Made by a program: the position numbers and the translations under genes
Notes under the pieces: model-generated
What the model saw: the letters and a program-made list of their open reading frames with translations, nothing else
The model's database searches: none
What the model was told of the DNA's origin: nothing
Assembly: GCF_004010195.1 (NCBI RefSeq)
Contig: NC_057751.1
Span: 108,979 to 172,978 of the forward strand
DNA from: Chiloscyllium plagiosum
Lineage: Eukaryota
Length of the DNA: 64,000 nt
Direction of reading: 5' to 3'
Shown: piece by piece, positions 38,741 to 49,998 of the stretch
How positions within the stretch are numbered: the first letter of the stretch is position 1
How the letters are laid out: every line of letters begins with the position of its first letter

Positions 38741-39849
38741 ATCCTTTTAAACTCCATCGAGTATAGTCCTAGAGTCCTCAAGCCTTCCTCATATGTTAAG
38801 CTTTTCATTCCTTGGACCATTCTGATGAATCTCATGTGAACATGCTACAGGGCCAGTACATCTGTCCTGAGGTTTGGGGCCCAAAATTGCTCACACTACT
38901 CGAAACATGGTTTGACCAGAGCTTTATAAAGCCTCAGAAATACACCTCTGCCTTTATTTTCTAGTCCTCTCAATAAATGCTAACATTGTACTTGCCTTCC
39001 GAACTACTGACTCAACCTGTACGTTTACCTTGAGAGAATCCTGGACTAGAACCCCCAAGTCCCTTTGCACTTCAGATTTCTGAATTTTCTCTCCATTTAG
39101 AAAATAGTCCATGCCTCTATTCTTCCGACCAAAGTGCAAGACCCCACACATTATATTCCATCTTCCACTTCTTTGCCCATTCTCCTAACTTGTCCAAATC
39201 CTTATGCAGCCTCCCCCACCTCCTCAATGCTAGCTGTCCATCTACCTATCTTTGTATCATCTGCAAACTTAGCCAGAGTGCCCTCAGTTCAGTCATCGAG
39301 ATCGTTAATGTATAAAGTGAAAAGTTGTGGTTCCAACACGGAGTCTTGCGGAACACCACTTGTAACTGGCTGCCATTCTGTGAAAGAGCCTTCTATCTCC
39401 ACACTCTGCTTTCTGCCAGACAGCCAAGCTTCTATCCAGGGGAGCACATTACCTCTGACACCAGAGGTCCTTATTTTACTCAGTAGCCTCCTGTGTGGGA
39501 CCTCGTCAAAGGCCTTCTAGATAACATCCATTGGCTCTCCTTGGTCTAACCTGTTTGTTATGTCCTCAAAGAATTCTAGAAGATTTGTCAGGCATGACCT
39601 CCCCTTGATGAATCCATGCTGACTTTGCCCTGTTTTATCATACTCTTTCAAGTATTAAGGAATCTTATCCTTCACAATGGATTCCAAAATCTTATCAAAA
39701 ACTGAGGTCAGGCTAATTGGCCTATAATTTCCCATCTTTGACTTACTCCCTTTTTAAATGGGGTATTACATTAGCAATTTTCCAATCATCTGGGACCCTC
39801 CCTGATTCCAGTGATTCCTGGAAGATCACCAGTAATGCCTCCACCATTA

Positions 39850-40056
39850 TGTCTGCGTGGGTTTCCTCCGGGTGCTCCGGTTTCCTCCCACAATCCAAAA
39901 ATGTGCAGGTCAGGTAAATTGCCCGTGGTGTTAGGTAAAGGGGTAAATATAGGGGAATGGGTCTGGGTGGGTTGTGCTTCGGCGGATCGGTGTGGACTTG
40001 TTGGGCTGAAGGGCCTGTTTCCACACTGTAAGTAATCTAAAAAAGTAATCTAATCT
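39850..40056 (+). mobile_element. HE1-type V-SINE, 5'-truncated
   Basis: V-domain core GCGTGGGTTTCCTCCGGGTGCTCCGGTTTCCTCCCAC and TAATC tail. Confidence 0.88.
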
Positions 40057-41547
40057 CTTCAGGTATCTCCTTCAGAGCTCTGGGGTGTAGTTCATTTGGT
40101 CCAAGTTATTTCTAGCACTTTGTTCTTGGTGATGGCCCTGACTCTTTTAAATCTTTGAGATGTTAGTCGTCTCATCCACCGTGAAGTAAGTGTTCAGTTC
40201 CTCAGCCATTTTTGGTTCCTCTTTCCTACTTCTCTAGCGTATTTTCAAGGGGCCCAGTGTCCATCTTTGCCCTTTATATATGTAAAGAAACTTTTGCAAT
40301 TTTCTTAAATATTACTGGCTAGTTTATCTTCATATTTAATCTTCTCCCTTTTTTTGTTGCCCTCTGTTGGTCTTTGTAAGCTTCCCAATCCTCTGGTTTC
40401 CCACTGCCCTTCGCTGCAATATATGCTTTCTCTTTCACTTTTGTACTGTCCCTGACTTCTCTAGTCAGCCCCATCCTCCCTATATCATGCTGCTTTTCCT
40501 GCTGTGTCTCCTGAATTACTCCCAGAAACTCCTGCCATTGCTTTTCACTGTCTTTTCTGCTGGGCTCCTCTCCCAGTCAATTCTGCCCAGCTCCTCCCTC
40601 ATGCCTCTGTGGTTGCCTTTATTCAGCTGTAATACCATTGCATCTGATTCCACCTTCACCTTCTCAAATTGCAGAGGAAATTCTAACATGTTGTAGTCAC
40701 TGCCTTCGTAACGGTTCCTTCACCTTAAGCTCTCTTATCAAGTCTACCTCATTGCGCAACTTTAAATCCAGAATTGCCTGTTCCCTTGTGGGCTTCACCA
40801 CAAGCTGCTCCAAAAAGCCATCGCGAAGACATTCCATAAATTCCTTTTCTTGCAATCCACTGCCCACCTTGTTTGCCCAGTCCATCAGTGTATGGAAATG
40901 CCGCATGATCCCTGCAACCTTGCTTCTCTTACCCATCTTTTCTATCGCCTGGTATATCTTGTGCACCAAATCCTAACTACTGTATGGAGGCCTGCACATA
41001 AGTCCAACTCTGGTTCTTTTACCTTTGCTGTTTCCAACTCTACCCATACAGATTCTACATCATTTGACCCAACATCATTTCGTACTATTGATTTAATTTT
41101 ATTTGTTACTAATAACACAATCCCATCTCTTCAGACCACTTGCCTGTCTTTTCGATAGGATGCATATCCTTGGATATTTAGCTCCCAGTCCTGATCCCCT
41201 TGCAGCTACATGTAGAGCCCACCACATCATTCCTGCCAATTCTGAACTGTGCCATAAGCTCATTTACCTTATTTCATACACTCTGTGCATTCCAACATAA
41301 CATCTACAGTCCTGTATTTAATGCCCCTCTTCTCATTGTCATCCCTTTAGCCAGTGTGCCTGATGTTAGATGCCTAACCCTTTCCAAATACTTCCATCCT
41401 ATTTTGTGTTCTGGACACTTTAATAACTGCTCCTGAGTTGTCCTTCCTTTTCACTTTTTGATACATTTTCATGCGGTCGAATCCAGCCCCATAGATGTTA
41501 ATCTGCAGCTTTGTTTCCCATTGGCCGTTAAACTATTTGGCGTATAA

Positions 41548-41770
41548 CCGAGTTTTGAGAAGATTTGTAGCGCAGGTTGAGGTTCTGGATGTAGGTTTGC
41601 TCGCTGAGCTGGAAGGGTCGTTTCGTCACCCTGCTAGGTAACATCTTCAGTGAGCATCCAGGCGAAGCACTGTGGATAATTCCTGCTATTTATATGTTTG
41701 GGTTGGTGATGTCATTTCCTGTTCTTTTTTCCCAGGGGATAGGAGATGGGGTCGAACTCTGTTTGTTGAT
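41548..41770 (-). mobile_element. PLE terminal fragment with a partially deleted hammerhead
   Basis: On -: CUGAAGA U GUUACC-UAGCAG-GGUGAC GAAAC; cleavage triplet missing. Confidence 0.55.
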
Positions 41771-42984
41771 ATTACCTTTTCCTTCCCTCCCACTTTCTAG
41801 TTTAAAGTCGTGTTGACCACCCTATTCACCAGAACACTGGTCCTAACCTGGTTCAGGTGGAGACCATCCCAATGGTACAGATCATTCCTGGTCGAATACT
41901 GATACCAGTGCCCCATGAAAAGGAAGCCCTCTTTTCAGCCACGTGTTTACTGACCTTATTCTCGTGCTCCTCCGCCAAGGTGCACATGGCTCAGGTAGTA
42001 ATCCGGACACTATAACCCTTGAGGGCCTGTTCTCTGATTTGGTTCCTAGTTCCTGATGATTCCTAAACAAGTCCCTGTTTTCTCGTCTTGCTTTTATTGT
42101 TTGTCCTGACATGGAGCACAACTGGATCCTCCCCCTCCCTCTCCAATATCCTTTCAAGCCAGTCAGACATGTCCCTTCCTCTGACACCAGGCAGGTAACA
42201 GACGGTGTGGGATTCTCTATCCTGCTTACAAAGTATCCTATCTCCTCCCCTACAACTACCACTTGTCTTTTCACTCCCGCTCTTGAATGGTCCCCTGTAT
42301 CACAGTGCCATGGTCAGCTGGCTCATTCTCCCTACAGCTCTGTTCCTCATCCACACAGGGAGCAAGGACCTTGTACCTGTTGGATAAGGTCATGAGCACA
42401 GGTTCCTCTCTTCATGAATACAGGATCCCTCACACCCTGCTGTCCATGGCCACTGACTGAATTTGTGGTACTTAATCTCCCAGGCATGACCACCTCCTGC
42501 AACAAAACATTCCGTTAACTCTCCCCCTCATTGATGTGTGTAGTGTGGACTCCAGCACATCCATGCTGAGCCCAAGTTCCTCCAGCAACCAACACTTGCT
42601 GCAGATGTGGTCACTGCAGCTCACAATGAGATCAGCCAGCTGCCACATCATACAGCTGGAAAACGTCACCTGCCCGGCCATCTCTACTTTGTTAGTTAAA
42701 TTACTTAGTTAATCCCTGGTTAGTTACTCATTTATGAACTAGTTTTGCAGTGTTGCTTGTTCAAATTTAGGCCAGATTTCCTATCAGCCCATCTGGTCAC
42801 CAAACCTCCTGTGAAGTTACTTTTTGAGTTTGATTTTAGTAACTCTTGTACTCCTCCCTCTGACTCTGTTCCTGGAAACAAAGCATACAGTTGAGAAAAA
42901 ATTAAGAACAGGTGAGGACAAAGTGGATATTGATATTTTTAGTTCAGAGAAATTAACTGAATTACACCTGAAAGATGAAAAACT

Positions 42985-43699
42985 GCTGAACAGAGTCCTT
43001 GGAGTGCAGGTTCATAGCTCCTTGAAAGTGGAGTCGCAGGTAGATAAGACAGTGAAGAGGCGTTTGATATGCTTTCCTTTATTGGTCAGAATATTGAGTA
43101 CAGAAGTTGGGACGTCATGATGCGGCTGTACAGGACATTGGTTAGGCCACTGTTGGAATATTGCGTGCAATTCTGGTCTCCTTCCTATTAGAAAGATGTT
43201 GTGAAACTTGAAAGGATTCAGAAAAGATTTACAAGGATGTTGCCAGGGTCGGAGGATCTGAGCTACAGGGAGAGGTTGAACAGGCTGGGGCTGTTTTCCC
43301 TAGAGTGTCGGAGGCTGAGGGGTGACCTGATAGAGGTTCACAAAATTGTGAGGGGCATGGATAGGATAAATAGGCAAAGTCTTTGCCCTGGGATGGGGGA
43401 GTCCAGAACTAGAGGGCATAGGTGTAGGGTGAGTGGGGAAAGATATAAAATAGACCTTAGGGACAAATTTTTCACACAGAGGGTGGTATGTGTATGGAAT
43501 GAGCTGCCAGAGGAAGTGGTGGAGGTTGGTACAATTGCAACATTTAAAAGGCATTTGGATGGGTATATGAATAGGAAGGGTTTGGAGGGATATGGGCAGG
43601 GTGCTGACAGGTGGGACTAGATTGGGTTGGGATATCTGGTCAGCATGGACGGGTTGGACTGAAGGGTCTGTTTCCATGCTGTACATCTCTATGACTCTA
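42985..43699 (+). mobile_element. CR1 3' fragment, same family as 1-1243
   Basis: ORF 43201-43620; CTCTATGACTCTA tail. Confidence 0.92.
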
Positions 43700-44272
43700 A
43701 AGCAATTGAATCAAAAATTATACACCAAAGAATCTGAGTGTATGCTGGAATGTTACTATCTTAACAATTAGTTCTTGATGAGGAAATGGAGATCATCACA
43801 TATTCAGGTGGTCAAGAAATGGGCAGAAGTTCAAACTGTATTACACGTGAGTTATAGAAAAGTGGTGTTGAGGGTGGCATGTGAGTTAACAGTAGGAGAT
43901 CATTTGGGAATAAGGAAAGCTAAAGCCAAAATACAAATTTTTTTTTTGGCTTGGACTGCACAGGTATGTGGGTGAATTTTCCTAGACATGCCATCTGTGT
44001 CAGGGAATTAGAAAATCTCAGGCAGTGATAAAACCAGCACCTTTAATACTTATTCCCACATTTGCAGAGGTCTTAATTGATTGCATAGGACACCTATCTA
44101 AAACAAAAAGTGGGAATCAGTATTTGTTGACCATAATGGACATATCTCCTAGATTTTCTTAACAGTCAGTACTGAAGGAGTGTTGCTCTTTGGAATTTTG
44201 GCATTAAGGAAGCACTGTCCTTACCCTAAACTTCTTAGTAAAGTTCTTAAATCAACTTGTCCAATGTCTTCC

Positions 44273-44289
44273 TTTATTGTCTCTTTATT
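44273..44289 (-). terminator. Tandem AATAAA poly(A) signals of the caspase gene
   Basis: TTTATT at 44273-44278 and 44284-44289 on +, about 125 nt past the stop. Confidence 0.55.
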
Positions 44290-44413
44290 TGATATGATTC
44301 TGTCAAATGCTTTGAGATGTTTTAATTGATTAACAATGCTATGTATAAGTGAAAGTAGATTTTGGATGAAACATTAGTACAATTAGTGGTCATTCATTGG
44401 ATGACAGTGGTTA

Positions 44414-44655
44414 TCAGGCTGGAGTCAGTCTGTCGGAAAATGGAAAAACCTCATGTCGCATCCTACTAACGAAGCAAGGCATCTGCTTTTTGCCCCCGAA
44501 ATTCAGTCCTCTGGACTCAAAGCTCCAGGCAACCAGCCCATTAATCCGAGTCATGATCCGCAGGAGCTCCCAGTGTCTCTGTTCCCCCATCAGCATCTTA
44601 CATAGACTCTGCAGGAAGATGGAGCCATATCCAGGTCGGAGGAAAGCAGCATGAT
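44414..44655 (-). CDS. Caspase-3-like protease, exon 4 (small subunit)
   Basis: TTTCAG|(D)HAAFLRPGYGSIFLQSLCKML...ELLRIMTRIN...KKQMPCFVSRM...TPA*; phase 1 fits exon 3. Confidence 0.92.
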
Positions 44656-45179
44656 CTGAAATTACACAGACGTCATCTTAGCCTGGTTTGTGATCATGGG
44701 GTGGACACAAATGTTCATATTTGTGCTGTTCGCCAACCTATCAGTTTATTATCATCACTCAGCTTTGACGAAATTCCCAGAGGCATAAGCAGAGAGAGAG
44801 AGAAAATGGAAGCACCTAATTCCAGTCAGTGGCTGGTAGCCATATCAGCTGAAGTTCAAGGCCAATTCAGAACAATGACCTGTAATGCTCCAGTCAATCT
44901 AAGAGTCTGTGTCAGAGATAGTAGAGGAGCCTGGTGATACACCAGAGGCCAGCGCACAGGGCAAGTTCCAGCCTTGTTTCTATAGTTAAGGCTTTGGGCA
45001 AGTCTGGGGTGGGATTCACATTCTGTGATGGTGGTCCTGTGACTGTGACCATTGTTTAGAACTAAAATGTTTCACAAGATGCTGATAGTGAGTTTTACAT
45101 CTCACTCTCTCTCTACGCTTCCCCTCCAAAATGGCAGGCTGCAATGCCTTCCATGCGAGAGTACCTCCAAATCTCTACG

Positions 45180-45860
45180 CTTAGTCCATTGTACCCTGAA
45201 GATTGCTGCGCAGGTGGATAGAGTGGTAAAGAAGGCCTATGGTATGCTGGCCTTCATCGGACAGGGTATTGAACATAAGAGCTGGCAAGTCACGTTAAAA
45301 TTGTACAAGACATTGATTCGGCCACATTTCACACAGTGTGTACAGTTCTAGTCACCATATTACCAAAAAGGTGTGGATGCTTTGGAGTGGATGCAGAGAA
45401 GCTTTACGAGGATGTTGCCTGGTATGGAAGGTGCTAGCTATGAAGAGCGGTTGAGTAAGTTTGGTTTGTTTTCATTCAAACAAAGGAGATTGAGGGGGGA
45501 CCTGATTGAGGTTTATAAAATCATGAAGGGGATAGACAGGGTAGATAGAGAGAACCATTGCCCAGGGTGAAGGATTCAATAACAAGAGGTCACGCTTTCA
45601 AGATGAGAGGTGAAAAGTTTAAGGGGGATACATGCGACAAGTACTTTACACAGAGGGTGTTAGGTGCCTGGAATGCATTACCAGCAGAGGTGGTCGAGGC
45701 AAGCATGGTAGATTCATTTAAGATGCGTCTGGACAGATGCATGAGTGGGTAGGGAGCAGAGGGGTACAGATGCTTAGGATTTGGGTGACGGGTTTAGACA
45801 GTGGATTTGGATCGGCTCAGACGTCGAGGGCCGAAGAGCTGTAAATTTTCTTTGTTCTCC
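45180..45860 (+). mobile_element. CR1 3' fragment in caspase intron 3
   Basis: VVKKAYGMLAFI, RLRGDLIEVYK, AWNALP. Confidence 0.88.
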
Positions 45861-46310
45861 CTCCCCCACTGCCTTCCTCACCTGCAAATTAGCATGTCCT
45901 CAGGTAGACAACACTGTTAGCTGCTAGTTCCCCAACATAGTTTGGGGGCACCAGGAACTCCATTTGAAACTGATTCAGAAACTCAAGTCCTGCTCATCAT
46001 CTCCATTTGATCAAGCTACTGATCGAAAGGACCAGAAGAACTACTAGCCCACAGCCCAATGAGTGAGAGAGAGAATACAAATGTGTTGTGCGCGTTTGAA
46101 TAAAGGCTGAATGTTGGACGGACTGAGACTGGGTGTGAGTGCATGCGAGACGCTGTCATTTATTTGCTTTACTTTGTATTCAAGTTTCTCTCTCTTTTCA
46201 TTTTCCCAATTTTTTCCCCTCTCTCTTTGTCTTTTTCACTTTGTCCACTGTTGCTCTTGCCCCCACCGCAGTTTTTGTTGAATGTGTGTATTCTACTCTG
46301 AGATACCCAC

Positions 46311-46458
46311 CTGAACTGGTGGAGAAATGGACCGTGGTGTCTTCAGGCACTGCTTCATAATGTGAGTAGGCACTCTGTGTGGAGCAGCCACTGTCTGTTT
46401 CCACTACTCCATCAGTTTCGAGATAGACACCGTCATCAAGCTGCAACCCTCTACAGGC
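46311..46458 (-). CDS. Caspase-3-like protease, exon 3 (catalytic Cys, linker)
   Basis: TGTCTCAG|ACRGLQLDDGVYLETDGVVETDSG...VPEDTTVHFSTSS G|GTGGGT; completes QACRG with exon 2. Confidence 0.94.
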
Positions 46459-46808
46459 CTGAGACAGACACACAGATTAGAGCAACCACAGTAGAAACAG
46501 GCCAATAAAGCACAGACTTTGGGTTACAGGATTAATCAGCATGTGGGATTCAAAACAACATTTAAAGAGCATAAACCATTCATTTGGTCCAACAGCTGCA
46601 TGCTAGGATTGAATCCCCACATCAGCTTTGTCCCATCTTTTCTGCTCGCTTTGCCCCCCCCCAAATCCATTTAGTCCTTTCATCCTCTCATCTAAATTTC
46701 CTTCAAATGAGTCTAAATTATTCACCTCATCTACTCCTCATGGTACTGAGTTCCATATTCTCACTAATCTTTGGGTGAAGATATTTCTCCTGAATTCCCT
46801 GTTGGATT

Positions 46809-47190
46809 TATAGAGTCATAGAGATGTACAGCACGGAAACTGACCCTTCAGTCCAACCCGTCCATGCCGACCAGATATCCCAACCCAATCTAGTCCCACC
46901 TGCTAGCAGCCGGCCCATATCCCTCTAAACTCTTCCTATTCATATACCCGTCCAAATGCCTTTTAAATGTTGCAATTGTACCAGCCTCCACCACTTCCTC
47001 TGGCAGCTCATTCCATATACGTACCACCATCTGCGTGAAAAAGTTGCCCCTTAGGGGAAAGATATTAAAGAGACCTATCACCCTAAACCTATGCCCTCTA
47101 GTTCTGGACTCCCCGACCCCAGGGATAAGACGTTGCCTATTTATCCTATCCATGCCCCTCATAATTTTGTAAACCTCTATAAGATCACCA
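46809..47190 (-). mobile_element. CR1 3' end in caspase intron 2
   Basis: ORF 46890-47162; TAGAGTCATAGAG tail on +. Confidence 0.9.
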
Positions 47191-48044
47191 AGTGATGGCC
47201 TTGAATTTCATGCTTTCTCACAAGTGAGTGGAAGCACTTTCACTGCAGCAACTCCATCAAAGTTTTTCACATTAGTTGACAGATCTCGTCACAATCATTC
47301 CCTACCCTACCCTTCTACATTTCTGGTAATACCTGTGTCGACCTTTGTGCATCCTCTCCTGGACTTCCAGATTCTTTTAGCGCAATTGTGACCAGAGCTG
47401 AATACTATACCCCAATTGTGATTGTACCAGATTTCACATCCAAAGCACCCTGTTTTTAGTTTTGTGATCTTTCCGAGGTTCCATATGCTTTGAATAATTT
47501 TATCCTTCTTTCAATTCTCTCCACCTCAAAATTAACCAGAGCGTTTGGTTGGCTTTTTTTCATGTCCTGCATCACAATTAATAGGGAATACTATATTTGT
47601 TCTCCCAGATCCTCATTTATATTCTCCTTTTCTTCATAAAACTAAATATGAAGTGAAATACTAAAAAGTCACATTTATGTATGTTGAAACCTATTTCCCA
47701 GGAGTCTGTCCATTCTGAAACTTGATGAATGGGCTTGTTGTGGTCCTCCTCAACTGTATCATCATGTCACCCTCCCTCAATACCCAGTGACTTATTGTCA
47801 TTGACATCTTGTTGTCAATTTGAGAAGTGGACTTTTGATTCCGAAGTATGAATCCTTCAGCTAAATAGCAAACTTCCCTTTGGAGCGGGCAATGAATTTA
47901 TGAATGAATTCAAGAAAGATGTTCCCTTTCAAAAGCTGTGTGGTTTGTGTTTTCCTTTTACTTGCTCACTATTTTTCATTTCACTCCTTCAATAAACTTT
48001 TGCTGCTAAATTGCCTGATCTATTAATAAGAACAAAATAAATTA

Positions 48045-48530
48045 GACATAGAACTGTACAGCACAGGAGCAGGCCCTTCGGCCCATCATGCTGTGCTGAA
48101 CTTGACACCAAATTTAATAGACAGAATGGCCTACTCCTGCACCTATTGTCTATTGATCTATAAACTAATCCCTTCTGCCTACCTTTGGTCCATATCCCTC
48201 CATTCCTTGCATATCCTTGTGCTTATCTAAAAGTCCCTTTAATGTCCCTATCGTATCTGCCTCAACCATCTGGCAGCGCGTTCCAGACTCCTACCACTCT
48301 CTGAGTAAACATTGTGTCCCTTACATTTGCTTTGAACTTTCCCCCTCCACGTAAGTGCATGCCCCCTTGTTTTAAACATTTCAACTTGGGAAAAAGACTG
48401 ACCATCAACCCTATCGAAGCATCTCATAATTTTATAGACTCCCATCAAGTCTCCCCTCAGCCTCCGCTGCTCCACAGGAAACAACCGAAGTTTTTCTAGC
48501 TTCTCCTTATAGTTCATACCAGGCAGCTGC
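48045..48530 (-). mobile_element. CR1 3' end in caspase intron 2
   Basis: RRLRGDLMGVYKIMR. Confidence 0.82.
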
Positions 48531-48614
48531 TCAGCGACTCTGCATTGTTTTTGTCTCGAAGTCGGCCTTGGAGGACAGTTACCCAAAGATCCAAGGCCAA
48601 ATGTCCTTGACTGC

Positions 48615-48649
48615 TATCTGATGAAGGAGCAGTGCTCTGAAAGCTTGTA
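48615..48649 (+). ncRNA. Minimal hammerhead motif in a PLE terminal fragment (to about 48695)
   Basis: UAU CUGAUGA A GGAGC-AGU-GCUCU GAA AGCU U GUA; downstream sequence matches the family at 57586-57775. Confidence 0.62.
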
Positions 48650-49268
48650 CTTTCAATTAAACCTGTTGGACTATAACCCTGGTGTTGTGTGATTTACTTC
48701 GGGTCAGACTGATCCATGCTTACTGATGGATTCAGGAGCTTGGCTCTATCTTGTTCGATGAACATAGCACCACCATTTCAGGTCAGTTTGTCCTTTCCTA
48801 AAAAGGACACATAAATCTCTAGTACTGAAGCCAAGTGTTGAAAGTCCAATAATGATAGTTGACATTTGCCATGATCACATCTGATCATCGCAGTGACCTC
48901 TTTAAAGTTTTTTTAAGACCCAAAATCACTCCAAAAGAGAGCATTCCATACCTTCTCTATGACCAATCCTTTAAATACAGCTTCGCATTCTCTTTTAAAT
49001 GAAAAATTTCATTCCTAATGTCATGTCTACCCGTTAGTTCATTGACAAATCCTTCAGATATTAATATTTCTACTGTTTTACCATTGCCACCTGGAATTTT
49101 TATTGAGTCTGCCTCTTCAGGGGCTCTATTCCCATCCCAACTTGTCTGTTCTATCTTGTGGCTGTAAAATACTTTCAGATGTGGGAGTGCACAGAGATGC
49201 GAGACGGCGCAGGATGGAGTGACAGGAAGAGGAGAAATGGCAGGTGTTTGACTCTGTCACACATGTAC

Positions 49269-49441
49269 CTGGATGAAGAAGATCTTCGGTTTCCCAGCCA
49301 ATGTGGGACAGCTCTGTGGTGTAAACATGGAATAAATCTCTGAGAGCCTTATAGGACAACCGTCTGATCCATAAATTATTCCTTCTGCACCGTGGCTGGA
49401 GATTACTGAGATAAAGTAGGATCCATGATTGCGAAAGCTTT
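49269..49441 (-). CDS. Caspase-3-like protease, exon 2 (catalytic His)
   Basis: CTCTCTTCAG|(E)SFRNHGSYFISVISSHGAEGIIYGSDG...FTPQSCPTLAGKPKIFFIQ|GTACAT; this frame is absent from the ORF track. Confidence 0.95.
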
Positions 49442-49775
49442 CTGAAGAGAGAGAAAGCTATCTTTGAAGCATAATCCCAAACAAGATGCATTCACCATTT
49501 CAACTCATTCCTCTCACTTCCCACATCCTCCAAAATCCCACTTGGTGTTATCCTACTCACTCTCTTGCATCCTGGATCCTTTAATGTCCCACCCACTCCC
49601 ATGAATGTCTCATCTCATCTAATCCCACTCTCCCTCTCACTTAATGTCCCATTCAGTCTTAATACTGTTCTCCCTCTGACTTGTCGCACCCATTAATGTA
49701 CCACTCTGTCTAATCCCACTGTCCGTATACATTTCAATATCCCAACCAGTTTAACCATTTCTTCTAGTCACTGAC

Positions 49776-49998
49776 CTTGTTTGTACTCCTGCAGGATCTC
49801 TTCTGCTGTGCAATCGATCTTAAACGTCACCTGGAAGCCCAGTTTGGACAGCACTTTGTGAAGTTCCTTAGTGTCCCTTGAAGCTCCAACCCGTTCTGTG
49901 AAGTTTGTGTGTGAATTGAATTTCTGTATTGTTATAATCAGCACTCTGGGTTTGAGGCAATGCCCTGAACCAGTCTGAGAATCTGTCATTTCAGCCAT
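49776..49998 (-). CDS. Caspase-3-like protease, exon 1 (candidate caspase-17 clade; 261 aa spliced)
   Basis: MAEMTDS...VLIITIQKF...ERVGASRD...LSKLGFQV...DCTAEEI...KQ G|GTCAGT; the ATG choice is inferred. Confidence 0.88.

Larger units (their letters stand above)
38741..42870 (-). mobile_element. Long decayed CR1 LINE (ORF1 zinc finger and esterase, endonuclease, RT) with SINE and PLE inserts
   Basis: HICSKCWLLEEL, VIVSGLLPEP, PTREQAILDL, WKIANVIP, VLHFGRKN. Confidence 0.85.
33377..44160 (+). mobile_element. Second Gmr1-type Gypsy element, fragmented and internally inverted
   Basis: LTR 33377-33994 (TG...TAACA), PBS-like TGGGGG...GGAT; gag on + about 34145-34905 (EDVEAFFISFEK); gag-PRO on - about 35340-36210; linker and integrase on + about 42870-44160 (GDHLGIRK, KTKSGNQYLLTIMD). 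Confidence 0.78.
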
